The position numbers were made by a program, and so were the translations under genes. Positions 55,146 to 64,000 of a stretch of DNA of 64,000 nucleotides are shown here, piece by piece (position 1 is the first letter of the stretch; every line of letters begins with the position of its first letter). The DNA is taken from IMG/VR virus record IMGVR_UViG_3300027991_000080, positions 1 to 64,000 of that record; one strand, given 5' to 3'. The notes below the pieces were generated by a model. That model ran no database searches. It was not told where the DNA came from and worked only from the letters and a program-made list of their open reading frames with translations. Source of the stretch: a virus (Duplodnaviria; Caudoviricetes).

Positions 55146-55403
55146 ATGCAGGTAGTCATCACGAAAGGGCAGCTCGAGGCGGTCAAGGCGTGCAACGTTT
55201 ACCTCGACTCCCCAGAATGGGACGCGCTCGAGGAAAGCCTCGTGTACGCGAACTGGGAGGCTACCGTTGAGCGATTGCTGGCAACGCGAGCTGGATCTTC
55301 GTATCTCGCGTTTCTGGTTTCGAGAGAACTCGTTCCGATGACGATGACGGAGTTCAAAGCAGCGCGAACCGCGCGGGAGCGAACGACGACCCATGGCATT
55401 TAG
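55146..55403 (+). CDS. hypothetical protein
   Basis: Operon gene. Confidence 0.6.
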   Translation: MQVVITKGQLEAVKACNVYLDSPEWDALEESLVYANWEATVERLLATRAGSSYLAFLVSRELVPMTMTEFKAARTARERTTTHGI

Positions 55404-55899
55404 AATTGGGCGCAAGTACGCGCAGCACACATATCCGGAGCCTCGCAGAAGTGGCGGCGTTACCCCGGATGAGTTCGCGAGAAATTTTGCGGTCGGTCCG
55501 GCCACTGACACCGACATCACGACGACTACCCCGCTACCGTGGTCTGACGTCGACGTTGGGGCTCCCGGGAACAGTGTGACGATCACTCCGGAGAGTACGG
55601 GTGTAGTCCGCGTCTTGGCGGTGATGACGTTCAAGAACCCTTCTGGAGCCGACACAGTGGATGCGGTCGTCCAGATCCTTCTGGATGGGGTGGCTCAGGC
55701 TTTTCCAAACAATGAGACGTTCACCGTGCCCATCAACGGTGGTCTTGTGGTTCCGATGCTGGTTGAGCTCGATGGGCTCAATGTCGGCCAAGCGTATGCG
55801 ATCGGAATACAAGTAAGCACGAGCGATTCCGCGACTCTGAGAATCGTTCAGGAGTCGTCTTCGATCGAGGTGCAAGAAGTCGAAGAATCGACAGGGTGA
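55393..55899 (+). CDS. beta-sandwich spike-like protein A
   Basis: Shared N-terminal GRKY-x4-YP motif; paralog of the next gene. Confidence 0.7.
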   Translation: MAFRIGRKYAQHTYPEPRRSGGVTPDEFARNFAVGPATDTDITTTTPLPWSDVDVGAPGNSVTITPESTGVVRVLAVMTFKNPSGADTVDAVVQILLDGVAQAFPNNETFTVPINGGLVVPMLVELDGLNVGQAYAIGIQVSTSDSATLRIVQESSSIEVQEVEESTG

Positions 55900-55903
55900 A
55901 GCG

Positions 55904-56422
55904 ATGTCCTTTCGAAGCGGCAGGAGACTAGCGCGGCACACGTACCCGGAGTTCCCCCGGGGCGGAGGAAGCTCGTCCGGACCGTTTGCCCGAAACTACG
56001 CCGAAGGACCCAGTACCGACACAACGATCGATGTCGATCCTGGTATACAGCTACCATGGTCGAACGTCGCGGTGGGTTCTCCGGGTGTGAATATTCCAAT
56101 TACACCTCTGTCCACCGGTGTTGTTCGGATATCCGGAACGATCGTTACTCGCAACGATACCACTGACCCAGAGACTCAGTCTGGTCTGCAGGTGCTCGTG
56201 CAAGTGGACGGAGCGTCTCAAACGTTTCCGTTCTTCGAGGCCCCATCTACTGAAATCGCGAGCGGTCAAGCGATCCCGTTCCTGGCTGAAGTTTCAGGTC
56301 TAGCGATCGGGGTTCAATCGAACATTTCCATTTTGCTCATCGCTCAAGATGCGAACGGAGCCGTACTACAAGAGCTGAGTTCATCGATCGAGGTGATCGA
56401 AGTAGCTGCATCTACCGGTTGA
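55904..56422 (+). CDS. beta-sandwich spike-like protein B
   Basis: ARN.A.GP.TDT.I, LPWS.V.VG.PG, SSSIEV.EV shared with 55393-55899. Confidence 0.7.
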   Translation: MSFRSGRRLARHTYPEFPRGGGSSSGPFARNYAEGPSTDTTIDVDPGIQLPWSNVAVGSPGVNIPITPLSTGVVRISGTIVTRNDTTDPETQSGLQVLVQVDGASQTFPFFEAPSTEIASGQAIPFLAEVSGLAIGVQSNISILLIAQDANGAVLQELSSSIEVIEVAASTG

Positions 56423-56435
56423 ACTGGAGAAAACG

Positions 56436-56624
56436 ATGCCGAAGATGATTCACGAAGAGCTGCTGTGCTGCGGGTCCAAGCGGTGCCCGACGGTGAGGAT
56501 CTTCGAAGATTGTTCCATGGAGATATCCGACGACGATTCCGAGATAGGATCGGTCGGAGTCGTGAAGCTGAGCCCGGAAGCCGTGAAACGCATCGTAGAA
56601 ATAGCTCAGAAAGCACCAAAATGA
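56436..56624 (+). CDS. small Cys-containing protein
   Basis: CCGSKRCP; coupled to next gene. Confidence 0.55.
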   Translation: MPKMIHEELLCCGSKRCPTVRIFEDCSMEISDDDSEIGSVGVVKLSPEAVKRIVEIAQKAPK

Positions 56625-57859
56625 CCTTCGTGATCGGTAGGGGTAGATACGCTCGATCGGTGTACCCGGTAGGCGGGTCTGCGGCAGGCGGTGACGCATC
56701 GATCGCGCCTCTGGCTCGTCAAAAGTTCATTGACGGAAACTCGTCTCAGACCGGAAACAACGGATCCGCTGGAGATCCTTTCACGACAATTGCGGCATTC
56801 ATCGCATCGCGACCAAGCGGATCTACTGAAGACGTCAACACCAACTACGTTGGTTGGTTGATGCCCAGAACCAGTGGGTATTCGGAAGATGTTGCATTCC
56901 CTCCGTACGCATCTACGGAGCTGCGAGCGACTTCTGTTGCCGACGGTGGTTCTTCGGGAGGCATGGAAATCACCGGAGACTTCACCTGGGCGAACGTGGC
57001 TGGCCCGGCTGCGGGCCCCACTGCCGCTGTATCCGTGTTCAACGTGCGCATCATCGGAGACTTTACAGTCACCGATGACGTAAACGCGCCTCCTTCTCAG
57101 GTATTGATCTCAGGAGACAACCCAAGCCCTCTCAGCGCTTCCCTTGGAGGTGTTTTCGATTCGTCCGCATGTACGAAGCTCGGCATCGTTTCATTCGTCA
57201 ACGCTGTTGCCGGAGACGACGTCGTGTGTGGCACCAATCCGAACAGCGCAACAGTTGTTTTCTACAACTCCCAATGCACGGGAGAAGTAAGCGCGCTCGG
57301 AATTAGGGCTGTACGAACGGTATTCAGCGGAGCGTCTCTGACGTGCGCCGACACAGGTCCCGCTATTTTTCAGGATTGCGCGTTTCAGTTTCCTGGGCAG
57401 CTGCTTACCTGCTTTGCTGGAGCGACATTCGACGGCACCTCTTGGGACAGTTTTATGGAGGCCGGAGGAACGCGATCCTCCGGCACTATCGTTTTAGTTG
57501 TGGGAGGGTATCGCGCCGGCGACGTGCCTGGGGCACCTCTCACCGGAATAAGCACAAGCGTTTCGCTGAACGGTACCGGTGCAACGGCTGGTTTTACCGG
57601 ATCCGACTCTGGAAACCATTACACGTGTTCAAGTCCTACTCCTGCCAGCGTCACCATGTTGACCGGAGGGGGAGAGTCAACCGGTGACACCATGTGCATT
57701 TCAAAAACCAATCTCGGGGCCAATGCGATAGCCGTCATCAACGGCGGTCCCGGAGCAGGAACGATCGGAACCATTCCAGCCAACAGTCGCGGATTCGTTG
57801 TTGCCAGATTCGACGGAACCAACTGGATATTCTCAGAGGGAGGCTCGATGGTCGCCTGA
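56621..57859 (+). CDS. short spike/receptor-binding protein (beta-helix-like head)
   Basis: N-terminal GRGRY-x4-YP; FIDG...GS..DPFTTI; head paralogous to the C-terminal domain of the collagen fibre. Confidence 0.75.
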   Translation: MTFVIGRGRYARSVYPVGGSAAGGDASIAPLARQKFIDGNSSQTGNNGSAGDPFTTIAAFIASRPSGSTEDVNTNYVGWLMPRTSGYSEDVAFPPYASTELRATSVADGGSSGGMEITGDFTWANVAGPAAGPTAAVSVFNVRIIGDFTVTDDVNAPPSQVLISGDNPSPLSASLGGVFDSSACTKLGIVSFVNAVAGDDVVCGTNPNSATVVFYNSQCTGEVSALGIRAVRTVFSGASLTCADTGPAIFQDCAFQFPGQLLTCFAGATFDGTSWDSFMEAGGTRSSGTIVLVVGGYRAGDVPGAPLTGISTSVSLNGTGATAGFTGSDSGNHYTCSSPTPASVTMLTGGGESTGDTMCISKTNLGANAIAVINGGPGAGTIGTIPANSRGFVVARFDGTNWIFSEGGSMVA

Positions 57860-57879
57860 GCGCCCACTGAGAGAAAAAA

Positions 57880-58332
57880 ATGGCACGAGTAATCGGCAGA
57901 GGGCGCTACATCGGTGAGACCTATCCGACCAGAAGGGCGGAGGGAACACCGATCATACAGCCGGCCTTTGCGTTCGATCAGAACGCTACCGAGTACACCG
58001 CGATCGAAGGTGATCCTAATCTTCAGATCGCGTCTGCGTCCATCACGCTGGTCGCTGGGTCTCGTGTCAAAATCGAGGGGCTTGTTTGTTTCACCGGATC
58101 TGTCGCCTCAGGAAGAGGAGTCGTCACGTCTCCTTTGTTCTCGCTGGTCAATGCGTCGCAATCGTTTGATGTTGGAGATTTCAGGACCTGTAATTTCCTG
58201 TCCGTTTCCGATCCTCAGCCGGCTGGTCTTGTAACCATCGGGTTGTTTGTCACGGTGTTGGGTAACGCAGGAGCTCGTATCGATGCTGCCGGATTGACTG
58301 CTCTCACGCTCACTGAAATTCTCGCAACCTAA
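57880..58332 (+). CDS. beta-sandwich spike-like protein C
   Basis: N-terminal GRGRY-x4-YP motif; beta-rich. Confidence 0.7.
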   Translation: MARVIGRGRYIGETYPTRRAEGTPIIQPAFAFDQNATEYTAIEGDPNLQIASASITLVAGSRVKIEGLVCFTGSVASGRGVVTSPLFSLVNASQSFDVGDFRTCNFLSVSDPQPAGLVTIGLFVTVLGNAGARIDAAGLTALTLTEILAT

Positions 58333-62186
<3,854 letters not shown>

Positions 62187-62188
62187 AA

Positions 62189-63178
62189 ATGACGCATCTC
62201 ATCGGAAGACGCGGATACAAGAGCGAGGCGTACCCGACAAGGGGAGCTTCGACTACATCAGGGGGGACTGCACCGCTCTCAAACGTTTTCTACATCGACC
62301 CGCATTCTACAGATGCGGGTCCAGCAGACGGATCCGACGAGCATCCGTTCACCACGATTCAGCAAGCATTTGACGCGGTGTTCCCGGGAACACTGATCGG
62401 TGCCGAACTCACATTCCTCATCACTCCGTGCTTTTTCGGTGACAATGCCGGCGCGCTTGTCCTTCCTGACAACCTGACCGGTCTCTTTATGTCAATCGTG
62501 GGCCTGTCTGGTTCAAACAGACCCATACTGACAAGCGTAGAGTCCTCCGTAATCGGTTCCTCCCCAACGGTCGACACCATCACAGGGGGCGATAACTCGA
62601 GCAATATTTCGATCAGTTTCCAGTCCTGCAGCGTGAACACGATTGACCTGGGAGAGGAAGGGGTAAGCGGGGGGCGCCTGTCTTTCGACGGTGCCCAGAT
62701 CGGACAGATCGACTGCAACGTGTACGAAGTTCTCGCCGTTGCATCGGCGTTGGGTGAAACGCAATGCGCGACACTCGAGGCATACTCGAGCTCCGGACAG
62801 GATTGCACGTGGACAGCTGACGAGATTCGGGTCGACTCAGCTACTCGGTTCCAGATTGCGCAGAACAACGTAACGCTTTCGCTCAACAATCCGACAGTCA
62901 TGTCGAGGATGCCACAGGCGACCATTTCCGTCGCTGTGCCGGTCCTAGCAACCGATGCGCTTGGGTACGTTGACGTGAGCACCGTCGGGACGGAGCTCGA
63001 GGGTATCAACATCGGGGACAGTATCGTCGCCAACCCGACCACTGACCTTGCTGGCGCCGGAGCCGGAAACGGCGGATTCTTGAACTGCAGGGTCTCTGCC
63101 GCGGACACCATTCGATGCGCGTTCGCCGGGGCCTTGCCTGGAGGGGCGGCAAATTTTACATTTGCAAGAGTGAACTGA
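62189..63178 (+). CDS. spike/receptor-binding protein (beta-helix-like)
   Basis: N-terminal GRRGY-x4-YP; FYIDP...DGSDEHPFTTIQQA. Confidence 0.75.
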   Translation: MTHLIGRRGYKSEAYPTRGASTTSGGTAPLSNVFYIDPHSTDAGPADGSDEHPFTTIQQAFDAVFPGTLIGAELTFLITPCFFGDNAGALVLPDNLTGLFMSIVGLSGSNRPILTSVESSVIGSSPTVDTITGGDNSSNISISFQSCSVNTIDLGEEGVSGGRLSFDGAQIGQIDCNVYEVLAVASALGETQCATLEAYSSSGQDCTWTADEIRVDSATRFQIAQNNVTLSLNNPTVMSRMPQATISVAVPVLATDALGYVDVSTVGTELEGINIGDSIVANPTTDLAGAGAGNGGFLNCRVSAADTIRCAFAGALPGGAANFTFARVN

Positions 63179-63190
63179 AAGGATTGACCA

Positions 63191-63406
63191 ATGAGACGCA
63201 AGCTGAAGAATCTGAAGAACAAGAACGGACACTCCGCCAACGGAGCGCCGCGACAGCTCCTCGATGAGGCCGTGTACCGCGAGGCATCGGCGAAGCATGC
63301 CGGGCTGACCAAGGGATACGACAGCGAGTACAGCGGCGGGAGCAATCCGTCGCGCCCGCGGGACCAGGCGATCAGTCTCCGGTCGCGCAACGTTCCGCCG
63401 GATTGA
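63191..63406 (+). CDS. small basic hypothetical protein
   Basis: GGA RBS; last gene of the operon. Confidence 0.55.
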   Translation: MRRKLKNLKNKNGHSANGAPRQLLDEAVYREASAKHAGLTKGYDSEYSGGSNPSRPRDQAISLRSRNVPPD

Positions 63407-63439
63407 TCCAGCAGATTTTCTGCGGCTCGGTTGATCTGT

Positions 63440-63468
63440 TTGACATTGTTGACAATGACTTGTAGCGT
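63440..63468 (+). promoter_or_regulatory. sigma70-like promoter with palindromic operator
   Basis: TTGACA-N17-TAGCGT; CATTGT-TG-ACAATG palindrome at 63444-63457. Confidence 0.6.
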
Positions 63469-63476
63469 CCAACGCT

Positions 63477-64000
63477 ATGCTCTTGACCAGAGGCCTTCTC
63501 GAGAAGGTCGACCTAGAACCGCTCCGCCCGTACGTCGCGAACCATGAACAGTTCTTCGGGAAGCGCGAGCACTACCGATTGCTCGCGCTTCTCGGACTGC
63601 ACGTAGGGCCCGGAAAAACGATCATCGATATCGGAACGCACCAGGGGGACTCTGCGCTCGCGCTGTCGCTTGGCGGAGCGGAGGTGGAGTCGTTCGACAT
63701 CACCGACAAAATCGGTGGTCGATTTTCACGCGACAACATCTACCCCCAGGCAGCGGATCTGTGGGATCCGGCAACGCGCGCTAGGTGGCGTGCCACGTTG
63801 CTCGAGAGTTCTCTGATTCTGATCGATATCGATCCTCACGAGGGAACGCGCGAGCTCGAGATGGTCAGGTGGCTTCAAACCAACGACTACCGAGGCATCA
63901 TCGTGCTCGATGACATCTGGTACTTCAAACAGATGCGGGACAACCTCTGGTACCGCATCGAACCGCAGCACCGAACCGATGTGACGATGCTCGGACACTG
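63477..64000 (+). CDS. class I SAM-dependent methyltransferase, partial (not in ORF track)
   Basis: IIDIGTHQGDSALAL, LILIDIDPH, IIVLDDIW; ATG 8 nt after the -10 box, so probably leaderless. Confidence 0.8.
   Translation, partial: MLLTRGLLEKVDLEPLRPYVANHEQFFGKREHYRLLALLGLHVGPGKTIIDIGTHQGDSALALSLGGAEVESFDITDKIGGRFSRDNIYPQAADLWDPATRARWRATLLESSLILIDIDPHEGTRELEMVRWLQTNDYRGIIVLDDIWYFKQMRDNLWYRIEPQHRTDVTMLGH

Overview
The whole 64 kb window looks like a virus genome: GC-rich, gene-dense, with stop/start-overlapping operons and no host housekeeping genes. The host is tentatively Myxococcota, inferred from GC content and one Gly/Thr-linker lipoprotein. The left half (1-31 kb) is a replication, recombination and nucleotide module of the kind common in tailed phages. 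It contains three Dam-like methylases, UvrD-, RecD- and SF2-type helicases, a Sak4-like ATPase with an SSB-like partner, a ParB-like protein, a DEDDh exonuclease, a primase-polymerase/helicase, ThyX, MazG-like and NDT-like enzymes, and a rhomboid protease. The right half (40-64 kb) shows no recognisable terminase, portal, HK97 capsid or tail gene. It instead encodes many small membrane proteins, LysM/PG-binding proteins with a shared C-terminal anchor, a transglutaminase-like Cys enzyme, a protamine-like membrane protein, three adjacent beta-rich candidate single-jelly-roll capsid proteins, and six spike/fibre proteins with a shared N-terminal motif, one with a ~780-residue collagen shaft. My best inference is a large tailless, internal-membrane dsDNA virus with adenovirus-like design analogies. 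Other notable items are a circularly permuted Cas4/AddB-like nuclease, a 196-bp nested palindrome next to the primase gene, and a ~950-aa putative polyprotein whose modules are separated by hydrophobic-x-Glu linkers. All family assignments come from motif recognition by eye; no database searches were run. Several starts were re-called from the six-frame track.
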